Source of the DNA: Dimorphilus gyrociliatus
Lineage: Eukaryota; Animalia; Annelida
NCBI GenBank assembly: GCA_904063045.1
Contig: CAJFCJ010000072.1
Location: 13,517 to 69,499, forward strand
Length of the DNA stretch: 55,983 nt
Direction: 5' to 3'
Each line of letters begins with the position of its first letter. The stretch's first letter is position 1. The translations under genes and the position numbers were made by a program. Below are positions 13,960 to 28,218 of the stretch, in pieces. The notes under the pieces are model-generated. The model saw only the letters and a list, made by a program, of their open reading frames with translations. It was not told the DNA's origin and ran no database searches.

Positions 13960-14900
13960 TGAGATGATCGCAGACGTCAACCAATCCGAAGTGCAATGGA
14001 AAGGCCTCAGTCTGAGGAAGCTACCTTGTTGATTGTAGCAATTCCTTCTGCAAGGTAAGTATGCTTTCCACTGCCTTACACCATACTTCTATACTTCAAA
14101 ATTAAAAGTTTAACAAAGTTTTTCCATCAAACATTTGGACTAAAGCTTCTATTTCTATGATATAAGCCTATATTAAATTTACCTAGTCAATCAATTTACA
14201 TTCATAAGGATCCTGCTTTCGCCATCTTATTACAAAAGTATGATTTTTTTATCTATAGATGGCGCAACAGTAGAATTAACAGAAGAGTGTATTTTGTGAT
14301 ATTTTCCTTCTTTCAATAGCTGAACACTGTTCATGAGAATTACGTTTTGAATTGGCTTTTTCTGTTTAGATTCACATAAAGGTAAGGTGTCATATAGTAT
14401 ATAACAGTATGCTTTCACATTGACCTTCACCTAATAACTGACTGAATTTGCCATATTTTCTTATTATAGATATAACTATTAGACTGTAAAAATCTCGAAA
14501 CTACTGTAGATGGAGCCACCAATAGTTTACTGTTCATTCTTCTCTATCGAACATAGAGATATTTCTATATTTTTGTAGGGTTTTTTCTAACTAATTGTTA
14601 ATATGCAACTTGTGTAAAATCTGGAGAAGTTGATTGCCTTAGAGGAAATGCTCACTTGTCACCGGAGATGATTATTATCGGGAATGTCCTAAAGATGGCA
14701 GCACTAGTAGAAATTGTAATAAAAAAGGTATTTATATAAGATTGCTGAATTAAAGCAGCTTCTGTTCCAGAAGCGTCTAAGTGTGGAAAAGAATTCAAAG
14801 AATGAAATTGCAGATATCTACTATATGGAAGAAAATACTATTCAAATAGCAACATTCCTATTGATCTATCAAAATTTAATTCTTCCATCACAATAAATAA
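13960..14900 (+). pseudogene. Possible multi-exon gene remnant of unknown function
   Basis: Good splice donors (caag|gtaagt ~14054; aaag|gtaagg ~14382) and acceptors (ag|gatcc ~14209; tttgtag| ~14578) in locally higher-GC sequence. The spliced frame hits stops and I recognise no domain. Confidence 0.25.
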
Positions 14901-15559
14901 AAAAGTTCTATAAGATTATGCACAGTTCCCAAATAATATAAAAGTCACATGATCCTATTTAAAAAAAACATCCAAAGGAAAGGAAAAAGATTGCAATTAT
15001 CAAGAGATCTGAGCGAAAGTTTGCCGACTCTTTCTAACAATTATACAGCGTATACATTAACCCAATCACGTGACTATTTTTTATAACGCAACAAATAGAA
15101 AGACATATAGCGCTGACACGCCTCATCTGCCAAATTAAGATGATAAAGAAAGTTAAAGAGGATGACAGTAAAGTTTGAATTTAGTTTGTATTTATTAAGA
15201 AAACATGCAGAATCAATCAATTTGCCTTATCTTTCATGCAATAATTTTGCAAATTTTAATGACCTTGACATTTACAATGCACTCCCTTCTTTTCCATATT
15301 AATATATTCAATTATATTTGTTTTCCTTATATTTAAAACTATACCATCATCTTTTTTAAAAAACAGAATATTAATTAGGTCATAAATTATTAATTTTAAG
15401 TTAAATATTGTTCTCTTTTAAAAATTTAATATCTTACCTAAGTACACTTTCAGGTTGGTAACATTCTCTGGAAAATATCCAATGAGCGGGTTTGTACTTT
15501 GTTGTATTGTAATTGTAGGGGTTTCTAATTCATCAAAATCGAAATCTTCCTCTCCAATC

Positions 15560-16450
15560 ATTTACCAATGTGCCAAAGTACTCAAACAAATAGAACCTTT
15601 CAACTTTGTCCACAATAAATGAAATTTTACCAACAAAACACCAGTATTTCATTCAAAGAATATTTTATCGAGTAAATGAGTTTCTAGTTCTAAACAACCA
15701 AGTTTAAGCAACCAGCAGACAGTTAAAGAACTGAACTGTCTACTGTTAAATTTGTAGGGTTTATATACTTTTCCAACAGTTGACAGTTCACAGATAAAAA
15801 TATTGACACAAACAAATGTAACAATTTGGATAAAGGAAAAGTTGAAATATACTTCCATATTTGTTACTTTTTCTTTATCTTGGAGAACTGCTGCTCCCTA
15901 TTTTTAGTAGGTTGGAAAGTTGCATAAGATGTAACAATTTTGGTCAGAGTTGGATCGATTCAAAAACACAAAAATAGACAAAGGTCAACTTTACTGCTGT
16001 TCTAATATACCACAAATTATTATTAATAAATTGTTTGTGTAAAATAATTTTCTAAAGTTTCATATCAAACTTTCAACAGAACCTGAGTATTTTCCAAATA
16101 AGATGTGCAATGGATATTCTCAGCTTCTATCTCTAAGCAATAAGCCAGAAGACTAAGCAAGAGTTTTCGAACTTTCCAAACAGTTGAATTTGCCTTTAAT
16201 CGGTTCTATTCATCTGTTAATTTCATAGGGTTTTTATACTCTTTTAGAGGACCATACAGACATTTCTTTTGCGAAAGAGGCAATTAAAGAGGCCTATAAA
16301 ACACGATAAAATCGTTGATAGAGGTCATAATCAATGAATTCTTCATGGAGAAATGGATGCAATTGAACGAACAACACGTAAATAATAGAGGTGTTCAAGT
16401 GGTCTTTTTGAATTTACATGAATCCATTCAAATAGATATTGGTGCACGAA
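15560..16450 (-). pseudogene. Degraded member of an unidentified multicopy gene family
   Basis: Stop-ridden coding-like sequence. 15770-16020 is clearly paralogous to 41350-41570, and 16070-16170 matches ~42790-42890 in inverted orientation. Confidence 0.4.
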
Positions 16451-18093
16451 TTTGTCACGTGACTTATAATTGATGATCTATGTATATTCTAGAAGAGTAA
16501 AAATGATAGAATTAAAATATATAGATATAGCATTAAATCATTCAAGAAAGCATTGTATGTAATAATAGCCATCTTAATTAATTGAAAAAACTTGAACGTT
16601 CAAAATTAATTCAATTACTATAAATAAAAATAGTTTTGTAATGAAAACCTTAAACTTGATATATGATTTCGCAATATTTTTGAAACGACGATAGGCCTAT
16701 GCAAAAATAAAAACATTAAACAATACTTAAGATTATAGATTTGTATTATAAACAAAAGAAAGTCTATTATAAAATTTCTTCCCATCATGAAAAAAATCTG
16801 CAAATTTTGTGATTTTATCATACAATATCCAATAAAACTTAAATCGAAATTATCCAAAGAGGGAGGATTAATTTTTTCTAGTCACATCTTTGGTGTTATT
16901 ACTCAATGATGACTCTAGTAAACATAATGCCTATTGTTCAACAATCTGCCAACATTTCATATTACAAACCACTGAAAATGGCTGCCCTATACATAAATAT
17001 GATAAAGAGGTTTGTTTGTTTGTCATATTTAAAATTTTTCAAATATAGAAAGCATGAATAATGCCATATTTTAAAAAATTGTGATTTTGGTGATGATAAA
17101 TTCAAAAATAGCGAAATTTCTGGCAAGGAACATTTTATAAGAGAATTCAATGCGGAGAAAACGCCGAGACACGCTTCGACTGTCAGGCTATCAATGAGTT
17201 AAATAGTTGTAGTATATCAAAATGTTTGCTTATTTGCCTCTTATAGGAAGAATATACAACTAACTATGGAGGCTAAAACGTTTTTTTACATTTGTTTGTA
17301 CCAGTTTTTATTTTTATAACTATTCACGCCTTTTCTACATATAGAGAGTGTAAATACAAAATATGTGATAGTGAAAAAATTTGTTTTGATGAAAGTGATG
17401 AAATTTGTCTTCAAAGGGACAGGCGAGTGGGATAGTAGGAGATTTTAATCCTAATCCAAATCTAATAGGATTTGATAAGACTTATCTTTTGGTTTTTTGG
17501 AATTTTTGGTGTATTTGAAAATCTCTTGTTATTTCTTGTAAGTGTTGACGCATTGTTTGTTTTTACACTCTCTATATGTATATATATAGCAACATTTTCA
17601 CTGGTATGATCATCTGTTTGTACTCTACTTATAACCTTGGAGAGACACCAAGCCGTTGTTTATCCATTGAACAAATCAATTTTTCAAAATACGTCACAAA
17701 TCTATCCAATCTATTCTTCTCTAAAAATGAAATAATAAAAACTGTTAAGAGTGTGACAACTGCAAAAATGATGACTCATTCGCGTAATTTTTCATTCAAT
17801 GGACAATTTTCAAAAAATTCCCTTTTTATGCAAGTAATATAATGAATATTTGCTACTATAAATCTATAAAACCCTCCTTTGTATTTCTTTACAAGCTTCC
17901 TATACAGAAATATATTTTAAACATTGGCGAAATTTATGATAAAACGGAACTCAATGAAAAAATGGACATCTCTTCATTAGGTACATTTGTAAAGAAGCTA
18001 CTGCAAAGGAGACATCAAACATTAGGCCTATTCAATACATTAATTAAATTATTAAGCATTTCCGTGCTTGTACATTGATTTCTTAACTTTTTC

Positions 18094-19286
18094 TTATCTT
18101 CTTCTTTGGCATGTTTCCAGTCCATCTTCTCTTTTATGGGAATGGGGTTTTTTTCCAGGATAGAATTGATCTTCCAATTGATTGACACTTGCTGGGCATT
18201 TGTTGTTCTTATTCCTTACACTACATGTCCAAAATGTTTTTGTTGACCTTTTCATCTTTATTGTAAACATATAACCATCATAGGCCAATAGGTCTTTACC
18301 TTTTTTACTCATTCCTTTCAGAATTTTGAAAGTTGGCTCCATATCTACTCTTTTTGATGTTGGAGAATTTATGAAAGAAGTTTCCATCAAATTATTTGAA
18401 TCCTGTGAATGATTTTCTGTTGTGATTTCAATGTTACACCCAATCATTAGATCTGTGCTGTTGTTTTCAACAATAACATCATTATCATCAACATCTGTTC
18501 TCATATTTCTATCACTTTCTTTTTCATTTTCATAAATATCTGGACCATTACCAACAACATCATTCATAGTATTTTGAACTTCATATGTCATCTCTACTTC
18601 CTTTTCCACTTCAGAGTTCACTGTTTTGATTTGACTAGTAGACAGCTGTTGTAAGGTGACCAAACATGTTCTCTTAGAAATATCTTCACAAATATTGCAA
18701 AGAAAGAGATGATTTTCTGTTAATACAATCATTTAAAAAAATTATATATGCTATAAAATTGAATTTAACCTACTTTTCATGCATTTCTTGTGAATTATTA
18801 CCCAATGGTGACATAGTTGACACTTTGCTTTATGCTGTCTTCCAACCATTTTCTCCTTACAATTGTAGCAATATGCCATTATCTATCAGTAAAAAGAGAG
18901 AGTTACCCCAAAATCGCTGCTCAAATATTTTAAAAGAGATTTTACTAATTAAAGTTTTACCTTAAACTGATTCAATTTAAAAGAATTATCAAGAGATATT
19001 CTGGTGTATTGAATTTTTTTGATATTGTGTTGTACTTGTGTAATATCCTTTTCAGATAATATTTGAATCAAACTCTCCTTTGTATGGAACAAAAACAGGA
19101 AATCATAAACAGGAAATAGTTCCTCAACAAAATGGAGAACCTGACATTGCATAATTTTTATTATCACTACAATGTACATACATTATTAATTTTAATTTCC
19201 ATGGCCATTTTCCCCTATAGACTTTTTCCACTGTGGACATTTCTCCTGTGGATATTTTCTCTTGTGGACGTTTTCTCCATAAACCG
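18094..19286 (-). mobile_element. 5' half of a MULE/Phantom element (PHD + acidic linker + FLYWCH), 3'-truncated
   Basis: FLYWCH GKDLLAYDGYMFT..FWTCSVRNKNNKCPAS..PHSH in ORF 18094-18732. PHD exon MAYCYNCKEK..CQLC..HKKC at ~18870-18770. Subterminal tandem repeats (ggagaaaacgtccaca-like) at 19200-19286. Confidence 0.82.
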
Positions 19287-19559
19287 TTAAATCAGTGGGT
19301 GTGCAAATGTTGAGTGTAATATCTGTGTTATTTATATTCCCTAATCCTAAAGTGGAACCCCTCTAGCTATATATCCATCCAAATTACCAAACTAACCCTT
19401 CCATAAAAAGTTATCTGGGTAGGCTATATTTGTAAACAGGTACATTCACACCTGTCCCCAAGTTAAATATTTGTCTTTTAAAAGCCTGCATATGAAAATG
19501 CAAGAACATTTGGCCAAATATATATCTTGATTAGTCATGCTGAAGGTTTGTTTTTAATT

Positions 19560-19812
19560 ATCAGTTTTCTTCTTCAGCTCATGTAACTATAAATGTCAAT
19601 GATGTCAACAACTGTGCAGTAATTAACCATTAAATGTTATATGATAAAATGTTCTTAAATTCAAGTATGTACCTTATTTTACATTTTGTTTTTTGTATTG
19701 ATTGTATGTAATTAAAACTTATGTCAAAATGTAAAAAAATGGGCCTGAATGTCCACAAATGAGCCAAAATGTCCTATGGTGGACCTGAATATCCTGGGCT
19801 GAAATGTTCTGG
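19560..19812 (+). mobile_element. Probable 3' end remnant of a MULE (subterminal repeats)
   Basis: Tandem g(g)cctgaatgtcc / gccaaaatgtcc / gacctgaatatcc / gctgaaatgttc units at 19741-19812, the same style as the other MULE termini here. Confidence 0.4.
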
Positions 19813-20439
19813 TTTTAATTCAAAGTCAGTTGCTTCAACACATAATTCAAGAGATCCTATAGAATGCACTATCAATATAAAATACCATTGTTTTATTATA
19901 TATAACATTGTCTAAGTTTATACATATTGAGAATTATTACAGTAGTGATGCTTCTACTTGATCCACTCAAGAAAAATGTTTGAGTTTAAATAATTTATTC
20001 AAAAATAGATGACTGAGCAAACTAGGTATAAGACAGTTCAGCAGTAGGGTAGATAACAGTTTGCAATAGCGCTTATCCCAATGATGTTTGGATGATCTTC
20101 TCAAGTTAAGAGTTAAAGAACCAACAAGGGTTATATATATCTTTTGTGGGAGTCACTGACTAATATTGCTTCAATTTCTTCAGCTGAGAAAATTATTGCC
20201 TTTTCCACTATTTTAGCTGATACTACCTTAACTCCACTTTCATTATTGCTGTTGTTCAGTTCAAGTCCACATTCAATTAATCTTTCATTTTTGTTATCTT
20301 TGTTTTCCCATTTAAACTCAATTTCAATTAAAAAACTCAGAATCTTTAATTGATTGTCTTTGCTGTTGCACCTGGAAGAAGTAAGTAATCTGATGGTTGG
20401 ATAAATTCAAGGGTAAAAGTAGCAAAAGCAAATATTGTA

Positions 20440-21420
20440 AACAAGAATTTTGTTTGTTAACTTGTTGCTGATGTATACCTGTTGCATTCTTCTTTGAGGG
20501 TGATGATCATATCTGAATGGTGGAGACTAGAGTCATCCTTCATTTCCAATGTTACAACAGATGCCTTGGATTGACACCTTGTTGGCCTATCTGGGCCATA
20601 ACTCAGGAAGGGAAGCAATATTGGATTGGATCCTGTTCACCTATGACCAAACTTTCTTCTATGCTTTCCAATAAGAAGAACAGGATTCTGTCACTCTTTA
20701 TAACCAGTCCCCGGGTCATGCATACTCACAGTAAGGGTATTGGAAACTATTGAGGTTTGCTTGGCAGTGTAGCATTTAGCATGCTCATTCAAGACTTTAC
20801 TTTTACAGGATATAAAATGATATCAACTACTTACAGAAATGCTGAGGAAAATCTTGATTCTGTTCCATCCTTTGACTTGGTATCTCGACTGAAGTGAATT
20901 TTAGCTCTCATATGGGGTGATTATGAGGCAAGTACTTATGTTGGGTAAGATTCTTGATATAGTAGACAGTTTTCTTTGAGAGTTTGTTCTGCAAAATTTG
21001 CAAGAAATTGTAAAAATAAACAGATAAAATTTAGGATAAAATTATCCAGAGATATGGGAACATATACTATCTTCAGACATTATAAGCTTTTCAACATTAC
21101 ACATTTGTCTCTGAGAGTTATGTCTGTTTCATTCTTTGAAAGAACATCAATGCAGTCTGTGTAACCTCTATGAACAGCCCATTAAATGGCCATTTGGTTA
21201 GTTTTACTGTCTTAAACATCAACTGTAACAGCCTTTTAACCTCTGGCTTTGAGTAAACTTTCCAATTTTGTTGCTTTGCCATCCCTGTGTTCCCTCTGTA
21301 GGAAAACAACAAGGTATTGTGTAAAAGTTTCTGGCAACAAATATAAAGCCATTCAAAAATTCTTTGTCCTGGAGATTGAAAAAATTAACACTAACGCCTA
21401 TTGAGGACGAAACCATGGTA
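20440..21420 (-). pseudogene. Ankyrin-repeat gene remnant
   Basis: Minus-strand DGKATKLESLLKAR...AI*WAVHRGYTDCIDVLSKNETDITLRDK (~21290-21105) is an ankyrin repeat carrying stops. Flanking splice sites present. Downstream exons not assigned. Confidence 0.55.
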
Positions 21421-21759
21421 GATCTTGAAGGTAGGAAAAATTCAGAAAAAAATTTTTGGAAAATATTTTTGAAAAAATTTCTTCTGATGGAAACTGCTTT
21501 TAATGTTGATTTTGGTGTGTTTTTTCTTTGACTGCTTACCAAAAAGAATTGGGACACTATCAAAGTGATAATTCCATTTCTCTTTTTTGACTTTTGTCAA
21601 GAAGAAAACCTTTACTAACCCTAACACTATGCTATTTGATGAGAGCTAAATTTATATCTTTCTATTGATTATTGTAATTTTAAAATATTTACAAATACTA
21701 ACAATATGTTTAAATATGGCAATGGTTATGTAAATGTTTGAACAAGTGATGAGTTCATT

Positions 21760-24010
21760 TAACCTCAACCTATGTTGCTGTAGGTTTGACCTTTGGGTTA
21801 GGTTAACACCCCTCTTCCCATTATTTGAACTCCCCTTTGTTTGCAGTCACTCTTAGAGAGATTGAGGGTGAAGAAACAAAACCAGCACCCTATTTGATCA
21901 GTTAAGGCCTAATAGCTGCAAGTGACATTCACAGCCTGATGGAACTATGGCTTCTTAGATGCTTGAGTAATAGCCTACAGCCAAATCCACTCTTTTTTTA
22001 AACCTACTCCCATTGGCCTGGACATTTTAAATAGGGAAGACCTAGCTGGTCCAAGTTCCTGTTTCAAATTTTAGCCAAACTGATTAGTAGACAGACACAT
22101 AAAGTTGTCAGATCTCTAGAGGCAGTTTTAGATCTGAGGTCCAAATCCAATAATTGGCAGACCTTGATGCCAATTCTGACACAAACTGAGGGACAATCCC
22201 TCCCAGACTGCAATACAACTTCCAAATGATCTATATCAACTTATAGATGGGACAATTCTGAATGTGAACATATCACTGACAAAACACTATGCCGGGGTCA
22301 AGAAAAAACGTCCTTGGGAAAAAACGTCCCTGGGAAAAAACGTCTCAGGGTGGGAAAAAATGTCCTAGGTTTGGGAAAAAACGTCCTGGGGTAAATAAAG
22401 TGTTGTAGCCTGAACTATTGATAATTTTCCCTATACTGTTTGTTTCAATTATAAAATATAATAGTCATATTTTTACCAGTTTTCTCTAAATTATGTAATG
22501 TTATTAAAGGAGAAATGAATTATTTCATTGTGTTGCCTAGCAGTGAATGGTAGATTTTACATTTCTTATCATATTTTAAGGCTCATTTGTGTTTTTAAGC
22601 ATTCATTCTCTTTTTATTGAATTGGTTTATGAAGCATTTCAAGATTATACAATTTTCCAAGAGCCTTTCTCTCTTGGTAAGTTATTATTTATAACTTTTG
22701 TATTGGCAGCCATATTTGATTTTTGAAAGTGAATATAGTTTTTACAGAAATTGAATAAGGGCACCTGTTTGTATTAACTATAGTAAAAGATTTTATGGTA
22801 GACAGAGAAAAATGAAATGCAGTAACTGCCAAGATTGTGTTCATGCCAAATGCATAAAAGGTCTGTCTTTCCATAAGTTTTAATGAAATTATTGACTCTT
22901 TTCATTTCTAATTTAGAATCTGAAAGAATATTTTGCAATAATTGTGTAGAAAAGTTGATGAATAAAGAAATAACATGTTCACTTTGCCATCATAAATATA
23001 AAGGTAATATTTACTATATAACAACATACAATTATTTAACTTTGCTTATATTATTATTAGTTCCCAAATTGTGATAATATTTTTGACCTTGAATATCTTT
23101 TCCCACCCTTGGGACATTATTTCCACCCTTGGGACGTTTTTTCCCATACCCCACTATGCCTACTACACAATATCATCAGAGATCCCACAGTACGTAAATC
23201 TAAAAAAAAACACTGAAAATACACCATTAAAGAAACTACTTAAAACCAATGAACAATTGATCATCAAACCTGCTGACAAGGGCAACAGACTTACTGTGGT
23301 TCTGACCTATATAATATTAGCAAATGGATTGATTTATTTTTGGTAAGACTAGCAAAAACCACAAATAGCTATGTCAAGAACTCATCACATTGCATGGACA
23401 AACTCAAAAAAATTAGACTGGACAGGAAGGAATATATACGCAGCTGATATGGAAGCTGTATATCCCAGTATAAACCCACAATGGGGAATAAAAGCAGTTA
23501 AAGATTATATGACACTACATAAGAACCCATATAGACCTCATTCTGGAAATTCTTTGGATTTGCCTTACCCACAATGACTTCTTATTTGGTAAAACAAGAT
23601 TCTTACAGATCAAGGGAACAGCAATGGGAGCACCATTCAGCCCAGCATATGCTAGCATTGTTTAACACAATGGGAAGACCCACTTGTCAGTAGATACTCA
23701 AATGATATTGAATTCTACGGAAGATATATTGATGATATCATCACAAACAGGTCTCTTGTAACACAAAGAACTTGATATATATTCTCCAATGTTCTGTTTG
23801 CCTAATATCCTACATGGGCACTGATTCAATTAAAAGCAAATGGGGAACACACAACCTGGCCCTCAGAAATGGGATTGATAGACCCCTCTACCAACATATG
23901 AGGGAATATGGAATTAAAATATTTGTCTGCCCCATTGAACTACAGGACCCTTGTACTTTTTGTATGAGACATTATATCCCAGATAGTTATAAATTCTCTG
24001 ATATAACCTA
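21760..24010 (+). mobile_element. Penelope-like retroelement (RT + GIY-YIG), degraded, interrupted by a MULE
   Basis: IIKPADKGN, AADMEAVYPSI, QIKGTAMGAPFSPAYA and RYIDDI RT motifs (23260-23745); GIY-YIG-like IYILQCSVCLISYMG..H....IDRPLYQHM (23772-23910). 5' boundary approximate. Confidence 0.85.
22294..23152 (+). mobile_element. Non-autonomous MULE deletion derivative retaining the PHD exons
   Basis: Termini ggggtcaagaaaaaacgtcc / ggacgttttttcccatacccc with tandem gggaaaaaacgtcc units. TSD (c)actatgcc at 22285-22293 and 23152-23160. Internal exons APVCINY..GRQRKMKCSNCQDCVHAKCIK | ..IFCNNC. Confidence 0.9.
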
Positions 24011-25289
24011 TAACTAACAAAAATAATTGGAAAAAACAGTCTTTTTACTCAATTACAAAGGAATAACAGAAATGTTACGTCAACGGAATTGAAGATTCCT
24101 CCTATTACTGATGGTGACCAAAATTGCCAAAATCCTCAATGATATCTTGGAGGGTAACTGGAAACAGGTCAAAGATTTACATAGAGAATGTTAATGAATT
24201 TCATTGCTGTAATCGAGTGGAATATAACACAACTCAAAATGTACATACAGTTGCATTAAGCAATGGTACAAGCTAATTTTCTGCAACAGATTCATCATAG
24301 GGCACATTTAAGTTTGGAGTGGAATATTCCTTAAGAAAATGCTCTGAGGTTACTTGAATATTTGTATTCTTCCTACTCAATTTGTTATAAATTCCTAGTT
24401 GTAAAAGGAGAGTAGGCCGGAGGGACTGAAGGAGGTAGGGAGTGATAGGGAAATATAAAATTTCTTCCCCAAATATCAAAATCTAAGGCAGGGGCTTAAC
24501 AAGTACTCTTTGAGGGTTAAGAAGTATTCAACTTTTCATCATTTTTATAATGCTCTCTTGAAGTGACAAGCTTAATCAAATGGAGACATTGCAAATAGCT
24601 GTGCCTTTGAAGTGATTGGGCAAACATCTATGGTTGGAAAAGCTCTTGGAAATTGAAAGATATTTTTCAAAATGATTCAATTTAAACTTTATCTTCCCAC
24701 ACAATAAACTAAAAATTGAAGAAAAGCATATGTATGCATACACACTAAAATATTGTTGTTCCACTATCTCTTTTGTAGCATATTAATTCCAAAAGAGTCA
24801 TTTCTCTCCTAACTGTACTGCAAATACAAGAGAATAATCTTTGTTTTTTTTTCAACACTTGTTAAAAGAAGTTGTTATTATTTACAGCATTTCTTAAAAC
24901 TCTAAGCAAAATGCACTGCTTTTGTAAAGTGCTTTTCTTCATAAACACTTACCTTGCTAGACACAGAAGAATAATTCAACCTCAGACACAAGTCAGAACC
25001 ATTCCACTGAAAATGAACATGATAGCTTAGGGGCAGTATTTCTTTGCCATGCTCTATTTTTGGAACACCTTTCAAGTGCATTTTGGATTCTTTCACAATT
25101 TCATGAAATATAGTTAAATATTGATTGAATTTAAAGACACAAAAAATTAAACTATGGCTGATAGATTGTTAGGTGTAATTGGTTTGTGTAATTTTGAATT
25201 TTTCAAGTTTATTATTGTTTACATTTTTTAATGGAATGTTGAATGATTATTTATTTTTATATAAAAAAATATTTTGAAAAAATGTTCAG

Positions 25290-25972
25290 AAAAACTTACC
25301 ACATCCATAAAACTCTAAAGCAATTGCGTGATATCGACCACTGTATGGTTTTACTCTTAGTCTTCTAGCTTAAATTTTCATATTCAAATTTATATGAATA
25401 GTATCATTCCATGAGTTTTCATCATTTCCATAAAACATCTAATAAGAGAATTAGTTGATAAAAGATTGAATATATGCTGTTGGAATAAATCAACCTCATT
25501 ATTTCCTTCTTTATCTTTACAAAAACTTAGTCCACCATCTTCCAAACCATAGAGTAATTTAAATGTTTTTGTATAGTAGTAAGATTGACTAGATCCAGCA
25601 CACCAACATCTTCCTCTAATGTCTAATCCATGTATCTCATATACTTCACCTTAATAAAAAAATGATTATTTTAACCATCAGATATTGCAACTACAATAGG
25701 CAGCAATACTAACCCAAATCAACTTGAATCCATCCTTCACCAGCTTCAATAGTATTCCAAGAGTATTCCTGATTTGGATATGTTATTCTAACATATTCTG
25801 GTCTATTGTCATTATATCGAAGGAAATCTGTAAATCTTGAGTTAGGAAATTTATTACTATCAAAGATTCCGACTTTTTTATGTTGGCAAGTTTCCAAATT
25901 GAAACAAAAAGGGCTAAAAATGATGAAAATAGCAGATATATCCTTTAATAGGGTAAATTTTCTCCAGTACAT
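25290..25972 (-). pseudogene. Secreted F5/8 type C (discoidin) domain gene, at least 3 exons, one in-frame stop
   Basis: Signal-like N-terminus, then WNTIEAGEGWIQVDLG | EVYEIHGLDIRGRC..YTKTFKLLYG | MFYGND..KI*ARRLRVKPYS..ALEFYGC joined by short GT-AG introns. Probably continues toward 24.5 kb. Confidence 0.8.
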
Positions 25973-27159
25973 TTTCAGTTAATAAGGAACAATCACAAAG
26001 TATATTTGCAAGTAAACTTAAATGCAAATGATAAAAGTCAATATTTATTGAGTAAAATCCTTTTAGTTTTCTCTTTAATTTCCTCTATTAAAAAAATATA
26101 TTTTTACTGTTAATTCTCTATGTAAACTATTCCCTTCAAATTCAACAATTTTAAGAAAATACCTCTCTCTCTCTCTCTATAGAAAACTAGTTGTTTTTAG
26201 GAAGAACAGTGTTGGAACTATTTTGAGGTCATATTTGGTGATTCTGAAAGAGTAATTTGTTTATTTACTATTTTGTATTTTAGTAGATAAACCCTATTGA
26301 ACTAAGGATATCATACTCTTTCAGTATATAACTAAATGATTATCACTGTAGCTACAAAAATACACTGTTGTTCTTCAGGATTACGGGCGGAGGACGTTTC
26401 AAACAATAAACTACTATAGATGATTTGATTTTGTCTTAATTTAAAATTCAATAGGAAGAAACTCTAGAAAAATGAGTCGGAAATATGATAAACTATTCCT
26501 TTTTGACTCAAGGTCAAAGTTAGCAATCAGTCTTCTCTCCTTCCTCTCTAATTTCATATAGATCAGTAAACGCAAGATTATTCAATACATCACTTGTATT
26601 AAAGTGTTGGCTTCCAGTTTACTAATTGATTTATGAACAGTTGTAATTTTTTTTAACCATATTCACCCTAATAAACAGTGTGTTAAAATTATACAATCTA
26701 AAAAATACAAGTAATATACTATACAGATGGCGTTAATAGTAGGCTAGTTGCCACCCTTAAAGATATAATACTCATTATCCATTGATTGACTCTTTTAATT
26801 ATTTTATTCATCATCTTCCATTGTTATATCTCTATCAGTCATTTGTTTATTATAAGTTTATATATTGATTAAGGTACAGTTTCATACTTTCAGTATGGTT
26901 TCATTCACTCCCATTGTTAGTAAGAATAAGATAATGGCTGCTGCTGATTTGTTGACACTTTCTGTTGTCTAAGAAGTGTGCAATCCTAATTTGAAAATTT
27001 GACATTGTTACTGGAGGTCCAATAAGAATACTGTGAGTATATTATTAAGATTATAGATTATTAAAAATATGTTGGTTAGTGATATATATGTGTTTCTCAT
27101 TGCATTTTTTTAGTGATACACCAGATTCAAACATGGCTCTTCTTTGTTAAATTTGTAAA

Positions 27160-27480
27160 AATGAATTTTATGGCAGACAAAAAAGAATAAAATGTATCAT
27201 ATGCAATGAAATTCTTCATCAAAAGTGTCTCAAAAGTAAGTGTTACACTCTGCATCAAAACTAATTATTATTACTTTCTTTTTCTCAGGGACCAAAATCA
27301 GTTGATCTGCAGCCTTTGTGAAACATTATTAAAAAACAAATCAGAACACCTTGTCAACCAGAAAAGCATGGATAAAACTGACGATATTATAGGTATGAGT
27401 GAGAATGGTCCATCTGAATATCATACTGATACTTTCATCAAACCTGATGAGTGCATCAAAGATTGATTAGAGAACAGTGA
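27160..27480 (+). mobile_element. MULE 5' relic (PHD exons only)
   Basis: GRQKRIKCIICNEILHQKCLK |intron| DQNQLICSLC, matching the PHD exons of the other MULEs. Confidence 0.62.
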
Positions 27481-28218
27481 AGGAAATGAAAATTATATAA
27501 CATATAACCAAACCTGAAAATGTTGGTTACATTTTAGGCAAATCAGACAAACTTGACATGAGCATATAACTTTAATAGCCTTGTTTTTGTTTTACAAATA
27601 AAAAAAGAAGTATAATTGAAATCTAGATTCGATTCTATATAAATGAACCTCTCTCCAATAGTCCAAGATAAACTTTGTCAAGAAATATTTTGGAAATATA
27701 TCTTGACTTTAAAAGCAACTTGTTTCCAAAGTGAAAGTTATCTTCTTCAATTTTTTAATGGCTGTTATTTAAATTTTCAACAATCTTTATATTGTAATAA
27801 TATAATATATTTACAATATTCAATATGTATTCTCTTAATTTTGAATTAACTTTTTATGAGTATGGCTTTATTAGCCATGCAAGGGTTCAATTTCATCCAG
27901 GTACAGTTTCACCCACTCTCCTTTTTAATTACTTTAGACATAAACTACCAATCAAATTACTGTATCTAACAATTTTTCAATCTGAAATGTTGCTTTCAAA
28001 ATCTCATTTGGGGACATTTTCTGTTTGCCCCAGAATATCTAGTTTGTCAAATGAAACAAGCCTCTAACATTCCAAAGCAGATAGCTTGTTCCAGTGGCAC
28101 TTGTTTAAAAAATATAATACCAGTATAGATACCTTTTGTTTCATTGTTTCTTTTGCCATTTTTTTTGTTAGGATTTTTAAAAATAGTTAAAGATATTTAT
28201 AATAATGCTTTTCAAACC

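Noticed and set aside
17265-18078. Possible small secreted Cys-rich gene (MEAKTFFYICLYQF..CKYKICDSEKICFD)
   Set aside because: Frame-broken and short, with no recognisable domain; exons could not be joined with confidence.
21850-21960. ctgatg..gaaa as a Penelope hammerhead ribozyme
   Set aside because: The core is ctgatgg rather than ctgatga, the order relative to gaaa is wrong, and I could not build the stems.
22294-22390. Tandem 15-20-bp repeats here and at 30179-30260, 31140-31210 and 32140-32220 as CRISPR-like arrays
   Set aside because: Eukaryotic context, no unique spacers, and they sit at MULE termini with TSDs.
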